This document shows positions 27,626-38,130 of a stretch of 64,000 bases of DNA, in pieces. The notes under the pieces are model-generated. The model worked only from the letters and a program-made list of their open reading frames with translations, searched no databases and had not been told where the DNA came from. The stretch lies in assembly GCA_024401475.1 (NCBI GenBank), contig JAKSKZ010000013.1, positions 6,284 to 70,283 of the forward strand, read 5' to 3'. The DNA comes from Paludibacteraceae bacterium (GTDB lineage Bacteria; Bacteroidota; Bacteroidia; Bacteroidales; Paludibacteraceae). The position numbers and the translations under genes were made by a program. The stretch's first letter is position 1; each line of letters opens with the position of its first letter.

Positions 27626-29440
27626 TTATTGCTGATTCATTGATGCTAAGAGTTCCTCGTTGGAAGATGTACGCTCTATTTGTCCCTTCATGAACTCCAT
27701 GGCTTCGATAGAGGTCATTTCCGACAAATACTTGCGGAGAATCCACATTCTGCGAGAAGTTTCGTCGTTCAGTAGCAAGTCATCACGACGAGTGCTTGAT
27801 GCCATAATATCAGCAGCAGGGAAAATTCTCTTATTGGCCAATTTACGATCAAGTTGCAACTCCATATTACCTGTACCCTTAAATTCCTCAAAGATAACGT
27901 CGTCCATTTTTGAACCGGTTTCTGTAAGAGCTGTGGCGATGATTGTCAAACTACCACCATTTTCAATGTTACGAGCAGCACCGAAGAATCTCTTTGGCTT
28001 TTGCAAAGCATTAGCGTCCACACCACCAGAAAGAACCCTACCTGATGGAGGGGCAACCGTATTGTAAGCACGGGCAAGACGAGTGATGGAATCCAATAGG
28101 ATAACTACATCGTGGCCACACTCAACCATTCTCTTTGCTTTTTCCAAAACGATGTTGGCAATCTTCACGTGGCGGTCGGCTGACTCGTCGAATGTTGACG
28201 CGATAACCTCGGCTTTTACGCTGCGGGCCATGTCTGTAACCTCCTCTGGACGCTCATCAATCAGAAGTACAATCATATATACTTCTGGGTGATTGTCTGC
28301 AATGGCGTTTGCTATGTCCTTCAAAAGGACGGTCTTACCAGTCTTAGGTTGAGCAACGATCAAACCACGTTGGCCTTTACCGATTGGACAGAACATATCG
28401 ACGATTCTGACAGAAACATTGCCTGCATGCCCCTTGGTGAGATTGAACTTCTCTTCAGGGAAGAGCGGTGTCAAATGATCAAATGGCACACGGTCTCTAA
28501 CCACTTCTGGCGAGCAACCGTTGATTGTATCTACGCTGCTTAAAGCAAAATATTTATCAGTATCTTTTGGCGGAGTAATGTAACCAGTTACGACATCACC
28601 TGTTTTCAATCCATAACGTTTGATGAGTTCATGGCCAACGTGAATATCGTCTGGGGATGTTAGGTAGTTGTAGTCTGCAGAACGGAGGAATCCGTAATTC
28701 TCCATTATTTCAAGAACGCCGCCGCCTTTTATCAATTCATTGAAATCATAAACTTTGGGTTTAGGCGGTTGTTGCTGCTGGACAGGTTGTTGATAATTAT
28801 TGTTGTTGTTATTGTACATGCTATTGTACTTGTCAATCTGCTGACGAACATACGGAGAACGTTCTTGTTGTTGATATCCGTTGTTCTCTTTTTGATTTTC
28901 CAAAACTACACTTTGTGTGTCGTTTGGAGTTTCAGCATCTTGATTTGCAGGAGTCTCTTCAGGAGGAAGGATACCCTTCTTCTTGTTCAAAATCATACGA
29001 GCAATAGCCGCTGCCGGATTTCCTGCCGACATAGTATCCAACCCGCCTCTACCGTTTACACGATTTTGTTGGTAATTGTTATTATACCGTGGTTGTTGGT
29101 TCTGTTGTTGGTTATAACCCCTTTGATATTGATTATTGTTATAAGATTCTCTTCTCTGTTCTACAGGTTGGTTGTTGCTGTAACCATTATCGTTATTAGG
29201 CTCATCCTCATTTCCCATTTCTGGTGTTTGCTCTTGAGTGCTAACTTCTGTCTCAACATAATCATCATTCTTAGGACTTTCTTGCGATGAAACTGCAACA
29301 TCTTGAATCGCTTGTTCGTCCAATATTTTGTGGATCAGTTCATCCTTTCGGTATGATTCCACTTTTTTTATTCCCAAGTGCTTGGCAATGATTCTTAAAT
29401 CGACAAGTGTTTTTTCTTGTAATTGAAGTATGTTATCCAT
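27626..29440 (-). CDS. rho: transcription termination factor Rho with long N/Q-rich insertion
   Basis: 604 aa. The N-terminal Rho_N helix bundle ([25 protein letters not shown]) is followed by about 190 aa of low-complexity N/Q/Y sequence. Then come the RNA-binding domain and the ATPase (Walker A AQPKTGKT, Walker [17 protein letters not shown]). Confidence 0.95.
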   Translation of the reverse strand: MDNILQLQEKTLVDLRIIAKHLGIKKVESYRKDELIHKILDEQAIQDVAVSSQESPKNDDYVETEVSTQEQTPEMGNEDEPNNDNGYSNNQPVEQRRESYNNNQYQRGYNQQQNQQPRYNNNYQQNRVNGRGGLDTMSAGNPAAAIARMILNKKKGILPPEETPANQDAETPNDTQSVVLENQKENNGYQQQERSPYVRQQIDKYNSMYNNNNNNYQQPVQQQQPPKPKVYDFNELIKGGGVLEIMENYGFLRSADYNYLTSPDDIHVGHELIKRYGLKTGDVVTGYITPPKDTDKYFALSSVDTINGCSPEVVRDRVPFDHLTPLFPEEKFNLTKGHAGNVSVRIVDMFCPIGKGQRGLIVAQPKTGKTVLLKDIANAIADNHPEVYMIVLLIDERPEEVTDMARSVKAEVIASTFDESADRHVKIANIVLEKAKRMVECGHDVVILLDSITRLARAYNTVAPPSGRVLSGGVDANALQKPKRFFGAARNIENGGSLTIIATALTETGSKMDDVIFEEFKGTGNMELQLDRKLANKRIFPAADIMASSTRRDDLLLNDETSRRMWILRKYLSEMTSIEAMEFMKGQIERTSSNEELLASMNQQ

Positions 29441-29604
29441 AAATCTTAAAAAAAGATTGATATTCTATATTCTCGAAAATCTATAAATACAAAATACTGA
29501 AAATACAAATAGAATGTATTTGTAGTCTGAACTTTAACAATGTCTGTATCTGATATAAATTGGTTGCTAGAAAACGCAACAACATTGAACTGTTAAAAAC
29601 AATG

Positions 29605-29612
29605 CAAATATA
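29605..29612 (-). promoter_or_regulatory. candidate -7 promoter box (TAnnTTTG) for rho
   Basis: Plus-strand caaatata is tatatttg on the minus strand. It lies about 165 nt upstream of the rho ATG and downstream of the tilS stop. Confidence 0.3.
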
Positions 29613-29652
29613 GTTGGATTTTTTTAGAAAAGAACAGAGTGGGCGTGTTTTT

Positions 29653-30978
29653 TTATTGTCCTATCTCAATTTTTAAAACTTTTTTTGTTTCGTCTGTAAT
29701 CTTAAAACGGTCATCACTCCGTTCTCCAATTATCCAAACTATCTGATTGTCAGATGTCAATAGCCATACTTGGCTTTTTTTATATACGGAGAACCGGTTA
29801 TCGACGAAGTAGTCGCTTAGTTTCTTTTTTCCTTTCATGCCGAAGGGTACGAACGAGTCGCCCTGCTTCCATCGCCTTAGTTGAAGGGGGAATTTTAATT
29901 TGTCGTAATCCAAAAAGCAATATTTCTTGGCTTTTTCTATGACAACAGACGAAGCGTCTTCTATCTTGAATTTTAAGTTGATAGGAACCTCTACGATAGT
30001 TGTATTGGCAGGCACGTCAAAAGAGACACTCTCGTTTTTTTCTGTTTTATAGAGAATTAGCACGTCCCTATCCTTTTGCAAAGTGTACTCTTCGGATTGG
30101 AAAAGCTTGCCCGACTCTCCGTCAATACTATTGGTTATGTTTTGTATGGTGGACGAGGAAAAACCGAAAGGTTGCAAAATCTCAAACAGTAGAAGTTGTA
30201 CGTTTCCCTCTTTCTTGAGTTGATCGATGAATAGATGCCAGACGTTATCGTCAATTTGTTTCATCACGTTTCCTCGGGCATCATTTATTTTTTCGTCTAC
30301 GTACTCTTCCGTATTTTTTAGATAGGAAATAGTTTGGAGCAATGAATTTTTGAAAGATGGATTGATGCTTTCGAAGAGAGGTATGATGTTGTTTCTGAAT
30401 TTGTTACGGACATACACAATCTCCTTATTGGTGGAATCCTCAACATGCTCCAATCCCTTTTTATTTAGGTACTGGAGGATTTCCTTTCGTGAGACACAAA
30501 GCAATGGTCGGACAATATTTCCATTTTTAGGTTTTATGCCCGTCAGACCATGAATGCCGCTGCCTCTTGTTAGATTGATAAGAAAAGTTTCCACAACATC
30601 ATCGGCATGATGAGCGATGGCGATGTGTTTCGCACCCGTTTCTCGTAGCTGCTCGGAAAACCAATTATACCGAAGTTCTCTGGCGGCCATTTCTATAGAT
30701 ATTTTGTGTTCTGATGCGTACGATTCGGTTTCGAAATCGACCTTTCGATAATCAATGTTTAGAGTTTTAACCCATTGTTCTACAAATCGTTCGTCACGCA
30801 TTGACTCCTCGCCGCGAAGGTGAAAATTGCAATGAAGAGCAATACAGTCATAACCTAATTCGCAAAGCACGGCAAGCAGAGCAACCGAATCGGCTCCTCC
30901 GCTTAACCCTACTGCAATTTTATCTTTATGTGAAAAAAGCTTTTCTTGTTCAATAAAACGACTGACTCTCTTCTTCAT
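29653..30978 (-). CDS. tilS: tRNA(Ile)-lysidine synthetase
   Basis: 441 aa. It has the PP-loop motif GLSGGADSVAL and the overall TilS layout with a C-terminal substrate-binding domain. Confidence 0.9.
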   Translation of the reverse strand: MKKRVSRFIEQEKLFSHKDKIAVGLSGGADSVALLAVLCELGYDCIALHCNFHLRGEESMRDERFVEQWVKTLNIDYRKVDFETESYASEHKISIEMAARELRYNWFSEQLRETGAKHIAIAHHADDVVETFLINLTRGSGIHGLTGIKPKNGNIVRPLLCVSRKEILQYLNKKGLEHVEDSTNKEIVYVRNKFRNNIIPLFESINPSFKNSLLQTISYLKNTEEYVDEKINDARGNVMKQIDDNVWHLFIDQLKKEGNVQLLLFEILQPFGFSSSTIQNITNSIDGESGKLFQSEEYTLQKDRDVLILYKTEKNESVSFDVPANTTIVEVPINLKFKIEDASSVVIEKAKKYCFLDYDKLKFPLQLRRWKQGDSFVPFGMKGKKKLSDYFVDNRFSVYKKSQVWLLTSDNQIVWIIGERSDDRFKITDETKKVLKIEIGQ

Positions 30979-30991
30979 TTTAGTCCTATAA

Positions 30992-31867
30992 TTACCACAA
31001 ACGTTCCAAAACGGTCTTGACTAAACCTTCCATTGAACCTTTGTATTCGGTATTCATATCTTTGTTGACACGCCCTGCAATGATGCAACATACGGTCATT
31101 GCCTTGTGTCCCAACAACTTGGAAAGTCCAGCTACTGCAGAGCTCTCCATTTCAAAGTTAGTGATTTTTTCGCCGTTATAATCGAACGACATGATTTTCT
31201 CGTTTAGTTTTTCGTCTGCCAACGGAATGCGTACAAACCTTCCTTGCGGGCCATAGAAGCCTGGGGCCGAAATGGTCACGCCTTTCACCATGTCAAAGCC
31301 GATTTTCTTGACTAAATCTTCGTCTGCACTAACCACATAAGGGCTTGCCAAACGTGGCATCCAGTTGGTATGTTGGCAGAAAGCCTTTTCGAAATCGTAA
31401 TCCAGTATGCCCTCTCCTACTTGGTAGTAACCTAACAATCCGTCAAATCCGATAGAACGACGGGAGACAACATAGGAGCCGATTGGACAGAAATCTTGTA
31501 AGCCGCCTGAAGTCCCGATTCTAACCAATGTCATGGAGGTATGCTTCTCTTTTTCTGTCCTTTTCTCGAAGTCGATGTTTTTTAGCGCATCCAACTCCGT
31601 CAAGACAATGTCGATGTTGTCGGTGCCGATTCCGTGCGAAACACACGAAACACGATTACCTTTGTATTTTCCTGTAATGGTATGGAACTCACGACTTTGA
31701 ACGTCACATTCAATAGAATCTTTGTCAAAGTAGCTTGCCACCATGTTCACTCGATTGGGATCGCCGACAAGAATCACCGTATCCGCCAATTGGTTGGGTT
31801 TTAGGTGAAGATGGAATACAGATCCGTCTGCATTTACTATAAATTCTGAAGATGGAATTATTCTCAT
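30992..31867 (-). CDS. nucleoside phosphorylase (PNP_UDP_1 family)
   Basis: 291 aa. Motifs LVRIGTSGGL and ITNFEMESSAV are typical of uridine/purine nucleoside phosphorylase family 1. Confidence 0.8.
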   Translation of the reverse strand: MRIIPSSEFIVNADGSVFHLHLKPNQLADTVILVGDPNRVNMVASYFDKDSIECDVQSREFHTITGKYKGNRVSCVSHGIGTDNIDIVLTELDALKNIDFEKRTEKEKHTSMTLVRIGTSGGLQDFCPIGSYVVSRRSIGFDGLLGYYQVGEGILDYDFEKAFCQHTNWMPRLASPYVVSADEDLVKKIGFDMVKGVTISAPGFYGPQGRFVRIPLADEKLNEKIMSFDYNGEKITNFEMESSAVAGLSKLLGHKAMTVCCIIAGRVNKDMNTEYKGSMEGLVKTVLERLW

Positions 31868-32082
31868 AATTGTATGTGTTTTCGTGATTGTAAAATATTT
31901 CAGGCTGAATTGTCAATTAGCCTCTAACAAATTTAAAATTATTTTTTGAAAAGACAAGTGTATGGATCGAAGAACTGAACATCGTCTGTCGTTTATTTCC
32001 TATGACAAAAACGTAGGGCACCTTATTGGGATTTGGAGTTTTTCTTCGCATCGTATATCTTTGCGTAAAGGCTATTTTTAGG

Positions 32083-33723
32083 ATGACAAATAATACTTAC
32101 ATTCATACATTTTCCGAAGAGGCAGTTCTTATCGATTTGCCACAAAAATTCACATTCCCTTTTCATTATACACCACACCCGCTTTGCTGTATTGCAGCGA
32201 AAAAGGTGCAAGATTATTTGAGTCAAAAAACGGAGTGGAAAGAGGAACTGCAAAAGGGTAAAATGTTTGGTGTTTTAGTGGTGAAATCTTTTGATGGAAC
32301 GCTTGGTTTCTTGGCTGCATTCTCTGGAAATTTGCAAAAAAGTAACCTTCACCCCTATTTTGTCCCGCCGATTTATGACTTACTTCAGCCTGATGGATTT
32401 TTTAAATTAGAAGAGTTGAAAATCAGCGAGATAAATCATAAAATTAGTTCAATTCAAAATAGCGAAGATTATATAAATGCTTGCGAATGTATTAAATTCG
32501 CAAAAAATGAGGCGGAAAAAAGGCTAAAAGAAATGAAACTTTCGATGAAAGACTCGAAGGCTGAGCGAGACAGGCGAAAGTTGGTTGGTGTTTCGGAAGA
32601 AGAGCTGGCGTCGATGATAAAAGAGAGCCAATTTCAGAAGGCAGAATACAAACGTTTGGAGAAGAAATTAAGTGAAGAGATAGAGGGTATGCAAGCTAAA
32701 ATCCTTGCTTATGAAACAGAAATCTCCTCGTTAAAAAAGGAACGTAAGAACCGTTCGGAAGCACTACAAATGCGTCTTTTTGAACAATTCCAAATTCGTA
32801 ATGCCAAGGGTGAAGTGAAAGGTTTGTGTGAGATTTTTGCTCCTACTTCGCAAGGTGTTCCTCCTGCAGGTGCTGGTGAATGTGCAGCTCCGAAATTGCT
32901 ACAACATGCCTATTTGCATGGTTACGAACCCATCGCCATGGCCGAATTTTGGTGGGGCGATTCTCCTAAGGCAGAGATACGACATCATTTGCATTACTAC
33001 CCCGCTTGTAAACTAAAATGCGAACCTATATTGAACTTTATGTTGCAAGGTTTAGAGGTGGATGAAAATCCTCTTGAGAAAGATTCTTTTGTCAATGAAC
33101 CTTTGGACATTGTCTATGAAGATGATTATCTGATGGTTATAAACAAACCTGCAGGGATGCTTTCTGTGCCAGGCAAGTCCGATCGTTTGTCGGTTTACGA
33201 TCGTGTGAAAGTGTTGTATTCTCAGGCTACCGGACCATTGGTCGTTCATCGTTTGGATATGGCAACCTCTGGATTGCTGTTGATTGCCAAGGATAAGGAG
33301 GTGCATAAAAATTTGCAAGAACAGTTTCTCAATCGAACCATAAAAAAGTGCTATGCAGCCATATTGGATGGTACCGTTCCTTCGGATAAGGGTTTGATAT
33401 CTTTACCATTAATGCCTGATTATGAGGACCGTCCGCGACAAATAGTTTCTCGTACTCATGGAAAGAATGCCGTCACAAGATATGAGGTGGTTGAAAGGAA
33501 GGGAGGAAAAACGCAAATATTGTTTTATCCAGAAACAGGTCGTACCCATCAATTGCGGGTTCATTCTGCTCATACCGAAGGATTGTCGTGTCCGATTGTG
33601 GGAGATGAGTTGTATGGGACAAAATCGGATAGACTTTATCTTCATGCACAAAAATTAGAATTCACTCATCCTATTACAAATGAGAGAATTAAGTTGGAGA
33701 AACTACCCTCTTGGACGTTTTAA
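32083..33723 (+). CDS. RluA-family pseudouridine synthase with long N-terminal coiled-coil extension
   Basis: The first ATG is at 32083 (MTNNTYIHTF). The catalytic-Asp motif is VHRLDMATSGLLLIAKD, with a C-terminal GRTHQLRVH. About 340 aa of N-terminal domain precede the catalytic core. Confidence 0.85.
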   Translation: MTNNTYIHTFSEEAVLIDLPQKFTFPFHYTPHPLCCIAAKKVQDYLSQKTEWKEELQKGKMFGVLVVKSFDGTLGFLAAFSGNLQKSNLHPYFVPPIYDLLQPDGFFKLEELKISEINHKISSIQNSEDYINACECIKFAKNEAEKRLKEMKLSMKDSKAERDRRKLVGVSEEELASMIKESQFQKAEYKRLEKKLSEEIEGMQAKILAYETEISSLKKERKNRSEALQMRLFEQFQIRNAKGEVKGLCEIFAPTSQGVPPAGAGECAAPKLLQHAYLHGYEPIAMAEFWWGDSPKAEIRHHLHYYPACKLKCEPILNFMLQGLEVDENPLEKDSFVNEPLDIVYEDDYLMVINKPAGMLSVPGKSDRLSVYDRVKVLYSQATGPLVVHRLDMATSGLLLIAKDKEVHKNLQEQFLNRTIKKCYAAILDGTVPSDKGLISLPLMPDYEDRPRQIVSRTHGKNAVTRYEVVERKGGKTQILFYPETGRTHQLRVHSAHTEGLSCPIVGDELYGTKSDRLYLHAQKLEFTHPITNERIKLEKLPSWTF

Positions 33724-33749
33724 TGGATTGACATTAGAACTCTCCTGCT

Positions 33750-34382
33750 TCAACGTTTTCCCCAAACCATCACAAACTCTTCGTATATTCTATAGGATAA
33801 TTCAAAGCGAATTTTTTCTTCGGTCTTTGTTTCGTAGCCATAAAAAATACCAGAATCATTCATCAGGAAAGGTTCGATATGCAGGTCCGTTTGAAAATCT
33901 ATGTCCCTCTGATTCATCATCTTAAACATGCTCTCTTTGGCAGACCATTGGAGTAGCAGATGATCCATCTCGTTCTCTTTGTTGGTGTTGGCTAATTCAA
34001 ATTCGGATAGAAAACGATTTTTCACACGAAAAATCTTATCCCTCTTTTGTTCTATATCTATTCCAACGATAGCATTAGAATGAAGCAATATTGCCAAATA
34101 ACCGCTCGTGTGCGATATGCTGATTTTCATCGGGTTGCCTTCAATCGATGGTTTCCCGTCTTCGTCATGTTGTATTTCGTTTTCACATCCAGTGAGAACT
34201 TTTAGCATGACACGAGAGGTTAGAAATTCTTGCCTACGCTTTTTGAAGGGGAATTTGCTGATGTATTGTCTATATTCTTCTTGGCGAATGTCGAAGTAAG
34301 CCAATAGTTCCTCTTCGCTTTCCTCCATTTTCCACAAGGCTAAAATGGAGCCATCGTCGAAATGTTCTTTTGAGAATAGCAT
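33750..34382 (-). CDS. 4'-phosphopantetheinyl transferase superfamily protein
   Basis: 210 aa. It has the metal-binding motif VGIDIEQ and the WSAKESMFK motif. Confidence 0.8.
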   Translation of the reverse strand: MLFSKEHFDDGSILALWKMEESEEELLAYFDIRQEEYRQYISKFPFKKRRQEFLTSRVMLKVLTGCENEIQHDEDGKPSIEGNPMKISISHTSGYLAILLHSNAIVGIDIEQKRDKIFRVKNRFLSEFELANTNKENEMDHLLLQWSAKESMFKMMNQRDIDFQTDLHIEPFLMNDSGIFYGYETKTEEKIRFELSYRIYEEFVMVWGKR

Positions 34383-34391
34383 ATAACCTAA

Positions 34392-35120
34392 TTACTTCTT
34401 TTTTTCCAAGATTTCCTTCGTAAAGAATACGAAAATACTGATAACTACCAAGTAATACATCACATCGCGACTATCGATCACGCCTCGGCTCATTGACTCA
34501 TAATGGGTGTTGATACCGATGGAAGAGATTAACGTCGCTGTTTTTCCCGACAAAATCATGGAGGCCACCAAGTCAAAACCACAATAGATGAACACACATA
34601 AAACTGCCGACAATATAAATGCAATAATTTGATTATCAGTCAGCGACGATGCAAATACACCAATTGAAACATATACGGCTGCTAAGAAAAACAGGCCGAT
34701 ATAAGATCCCCAAGTTCCACCCACATCCATTACTCCGATTGGATCACCAAGCAGATAAACAGAAATGAAATAAACTAAGGTTGGAATCAGCGAGAACAAA
34801 ACGAGTAGGACGCCAGCCAAATATTTCGACATCACAATGCTCATTTTTGTAATCGGACGCGTCAACAATAGTTCGATTGTTCCTGTGCGCTTTTCTTCTG
34901 CAAATAGCCTCATTGTGACGGCTGGTACAAGGAATAGGTATAGCCATGGAGCCAACTCGAAAAGGCCTCCCATGCTCGCGTATCCCGAATCTAATATATT
35001 ATACATTCCTGGAAATACCCAAAGAAACAATCCTGTGATTACCAAGAAAACACCAATGACGATATAACCCATTGGTGAGGCAAAAAAGTTGCTGAATTCT
35101 TTTTTTAATAGAACGAACAT
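34392..35120 (-). CDS. ABC-2 type transporter permease (GldF-like)
   Basis: 242 aa with six hydrophobic segments, and the N terminus resembles GldF-type permeases. No ATPase or GldG-like partner lies adjacent. Confidence 0.7.
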   Translation of the reverse strand: MFVLLKKEFSNFFASPMGYIVIGVFLVITGLFLWVFPGMYNILDSGYASMGGLFELAPWLYLFLVPAVTMRLFAEEKRTGTIELLLTRPITKMSIVMSKYLAGVLLVLFSLIPTLVYFISVYLLGDPIGVMDVGGTWGSYIGLFFLAAVYVSIGVFASSLTDNQIIAFILSAVLCVFIYCGFDLVASMILSGKTATLISSIGINTHYESMSRGVIDSRDVMYYLVVISIFVFFTKEILEKKK

Positions 35121-35293
35121 ATCTATTTATTACAATCGTCTTGTTATCCAAAATGGGTGAATGTTATATCCCCCTTAAATATATTATGCAAATATAACAC
35201 ATTTGGAAATATAGACATCCCTTAGATTGAATTTTGTGCTTAGAACTATTGCTTTTGTTAAATTGGCATAGCTTTTGATTAAATATTTCTGAA

Positions 35294-37951
35294 ATGACAA
35301 AAAATACGATGAAAGAGAACACAAAGATATATTTTCAGAAAGCCAAAACACTTATTTTTAAAGCTTTAAATGCAAGTCTAAAACTTGCTAAAGACCTTTA
35401 TCGCATACTTAGTCCTATTGGTATTCTTCTATTTAATAAGGTTAAGTCAAAAGTCACATTTCTATATGAATTAATAAAGAAATATGGAAAGAAGTTCATC
35501 CATCTTTTCAAATCAAAGTGGCAAGTCAAGGCGTTGGTTTTGGCGGGCCCCCCTTTAGTTTTCTTGCTTTTTGTGACGCTATTTATCTATGCTGTCGATG
35601 GCAATTGGTTCGGTTGGTTTGGTGCTTCGCCTAACAGCGAAACGTTGGATAAGCCCATACAAGTGGAAGCATCTGAAATTTATAGTGCCGATGGTGTCAT
35701 GATTGGTAAATATTTCACGGAAAATCGTTCGTCTGTCGATTTCAAGGGTATCTCTCCCATCCTTATCGAAACTTTGGTTCATACGGAGGATGAGCGATTT
35801 TACGAACATCATGGTGTTGACTATTGGGGTATTGTTGGTGCTTTCAAAGATGCCATTTTCGGGAATGCTCGTGGTGCAAGTACGATTACGCAGCAGTTGG
35901 TCAAAAATTTGTTTAAAATCAGGTCGGAATATATGGATGGAAAATTGTGCAAAGTCTCAGGCTTTAGTACAATGATTATCAAGGTGAAAGAGTGCTTGGG
36001 CGCTCGACGTATTGAAGACCGATACTCTAAGGAACAGATATTGAACATGTATCTAAATACGGTCTATTTTGGAAGCAACGCTTATGGCATAAAGGCCGCG
36101 GCAAAGACCTATTTCAACACGACGCCCGACAAACTCACCTACGAACAATCGGCTTGCTTGGTGGGTATTTTGAAGGCGAACACTTACTACAATCCGAAAA
36201 AAAATCCCGAGAATAATCTTCGTCGCAGGAATGTGATTTTAAATTTAATGCATGAACAAGGTGTTTTTTCAAAGCAAGTTTGCGACTCTCTTTGTGACAT
36301 TCCGTTGATGCTTAATTTTAAGCAAGAGTCTAATCTGAATGGCAAGGCTTTATATTTTAGAGATTTGGTTTATAACGAATTGCAAAGTTGGTGTGATGAG
36401 AATGGCGTAAATCTCTATCAAGATGGATTGAAAATCTATACGACGATTGATTCTCGTATGCAAGAATATGCAGAGTCCGCAGTCTCAAAACAAATGGCCG
36501 AATTGCAGAAAAAATTTGACCAAGGCTGGGGAAAGAACAACCCTTGGCGTGATCGTTCAAATAAAGAGTTGAAAAACTTTATTGATGATCGTGCTGTTCA
36601 AACGGATGCCTACAAGGCCTTGTCTATGCGATTTAAGGGGAACAAGGATTCTATTATGAGCCACATGAAGCGACCTCACAAAATGAAGGTTTTTGATTAT
36701 AAGCGAGGCGTTAAAGATACCATTATGAGTAGTTTGGACTCTTTGAAATATACGCTTAGATTCTTGCATTGTGGATTTTTGGCCATGGAACCCCAAACTG
36801 GCTATGTAAAAGCTTGGGTTGGTGATGTTGATTACAATTATTGGCAATATGACAAGGTCTTGGCCAAACGACAACCTGGTTCGACATTTAAATTGTTCGT
36901 GTATGCGGAGCATGTTCGCCAAGGCGGTTGTCCTTGCGACGTTCGTGTGGATTCGGCTGTGAATTGGAGTTATAGAGATCGCGAGGATGGAAAGATAACG
37001 CTATGGCAACCTAAAAATGCTAATGGCGAATTTTCAGACGAAGAGATGACGTTGAAGACAGCCTTCGCTCGTTCCATCAACAGTGTTGCCGTGCAGTTGA
37101 CTCGTGAAATTGGTGCGAAAAATATTGTATCGTTGGCGCATAAGATGGGTATAGAGTCTGACATAGAACCCAATCCGTCCGTTTGTTTAGGATCTGAGGA
37201 TGTCTCTTTGTTGGAGATGATTACCGCTTACTCCGTCATTGCGGACGAAGGAAGAAAGCATAAACCGATTTTTGTCACTCGCATAGAAGATAAGAATGGA
37301 AAAGTTCTCTATAAGTCAAAAATATCAACAGAAACAGTGCTTGATTACGAAACTGCCTTCTTGATGAGAGAGATGCTTCGAGAGGGACTGGTGGACGAGA
37401 AAGGCACATCGCAAGGATTGCATAGGTATAACATCTTCCAAAACACTGATTTCGGAGGTAAAACAGGATCCACTTCTAACTATTCCGATGCTTGGTATAT
37501 TGGAATCTCGCCAAATTTGGTGGCCGGAGCTTGGGTTGGCGGCGAATATCGTTGCATTCACTTTAGAAATGGAGCAGAAGGACAAGGTGGAAGGGCGGCT
37601 CTTCCAATATTTGGCCGTTTCATGGAAAAGACGATGAACGACAAGCGATTAAAAGGCTACAGAGGTCGTTTTGAAGAACCAAAGCAAGAGATAAGCAAAA
37701 TGTATGCTTGCGAGAAGATTGAGCCGAAATCGGAAGGCGGAGGAGTGCGAGGATTTTGGAAACGACTCTTTGGCAAGAAGGACCCCGTTATCAATGAGCA
37801 AGGCGACACTGTCTTGACGGAGCGTGAAATTCGTCGTCGTGAACGCAAAGCCGAAAAAGAGGCCAAGAGAGCCAAAAAAGAACAAGAAAAGGCCGAAAAG
37901 GCCGAAAAAGAGAAAGGCAAGAAGAAATGGTGGAAACGAAATAGGGAATGA
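35294..37951 (+). CDS. bifunctional class A penicillin-binding protein (PBP1A-type glycosyltransferase/transpeptidase)
   Basis: 885 aa. GT51 motifs: HTEDERFYEHHGVD and GASTITQQLVKN. Transpeptidase motifs: PGSTFK (SxxK), SINS (SxN) and GKTGST (KTG). The C-terminal tail is K/E-rich. Confidence 0.92.
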   Translation: MTKNTMKENTKIYFQKAKTLIFKALNASLKLAKDLYRILSPIGILLFNKVKSKVTFLYELIKKYGKKFIHLFKSKWQVKALVLAGPPLVFLLFVTLFIYAVDGNWFGWFGASPNSETLDKPIQVEASEIYSADGVMIGKYFTENRSSVDFKGISPILIETLVHTEDERFYEHHGVDYWGIVGAFKDAIFGNARGASTITQQLVKNLFKIRSEYMDGKLCKVSGFSTMIIKVKECLGARRIEDRYSKEQILNMYLNTVYFGSNAYGIKAAAKTYFNTTPDKLTYEQSACLVGILKANTYYNPKKNPENNLRRRNVILNLMHEQGVFSKQVCDSLCDIPLMLNFKQESNLNGKALYFRDLVYNELQSWCDENGVNLYQDGLKIYTTIDSRMQEYAESAVSKQMAELQKKFDQGWGKNNPWRDRSNKELKNFIDDRAVQTDAYKALSMRFKGNKDSIMSHMKRPHKMKVFDYKRGVKDTIMSSLDSLKYTLRFLHCGFLAMEPQTGYVKAWVGDVDYNYWQYDKVLAKRQPGSTFKLFVYAEHVRQGGCPCDVRVDSAVNWSYRDREDGKITLWQPKNANGEFSDEEMTLKTAFARSINSVAVQLTREIGAKNIVSLAHKMGIESDIEPNPSVCLGSEDVSLLEMITAYSVIADEGRKHKPIFVTRIEDKNGKVLYKSKISTETVLDYETAFLMREMLREGLVDEKGTSQGLHRYNIFQNTDFGGKTGSTSNYSDAWYIGISPNLVAGAWVGGEYRCIHFRNGAEGQGGRAALPIFGRFMEKTMNDKRLKGYRGRFEEPKQEISKMYACEKIEPKSEGGGVRGFWKRLFGKKDPVINEQGDTVLTEREIRRRERKAEKEAKRAKKEQEKAEKAEKEKGKKKWWKRNRE

Positions 37952-38130
37952 TGTGTGTGGTATGTTTGTTTCACTATAGTTATCGTATTTAGGGAAAATT
38001 GTAAATATGCTAATCGAATAGTTTCCAACTAAATACGAATCGGGAAATAGAAAAAACTCTTCGTCTTGTTATTTATATTTCAAAATTTTATATTAAATAT
38101 GCATAATATATAATCAACTTACGAAGAAGA

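Noticed and set aside
28769-29290. 173-aa plus-strand ORF, highly repetitive and hydrophobic (LLLVIVII...).
   Set aside because: It lies entirely antisense to the N/Q-rich insertion of rho. Its composition is the mirror image of AAT/CAA-rich codons, and rho itself is unambiguous.
34392-35120. Calling this gene gldF (gliding motility ABC permease).
   Set aside because: It resembles GldF-type ABC-2 permeases, but no gldA ATPase or gldG partner is adjacent. The rest of the window gives no sign of gliding or T9SS motility genes, so only the generic permease call is supported.
37657-38028. 123-aa minus-strand ORF overlapping the 3' end of the PBP1A gene.
   Set aside because: It is antisense to the K/E-rich tail (GAA/AAG repeats), which gives an F/S/L-rich mirror frame. 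It has no independent support.
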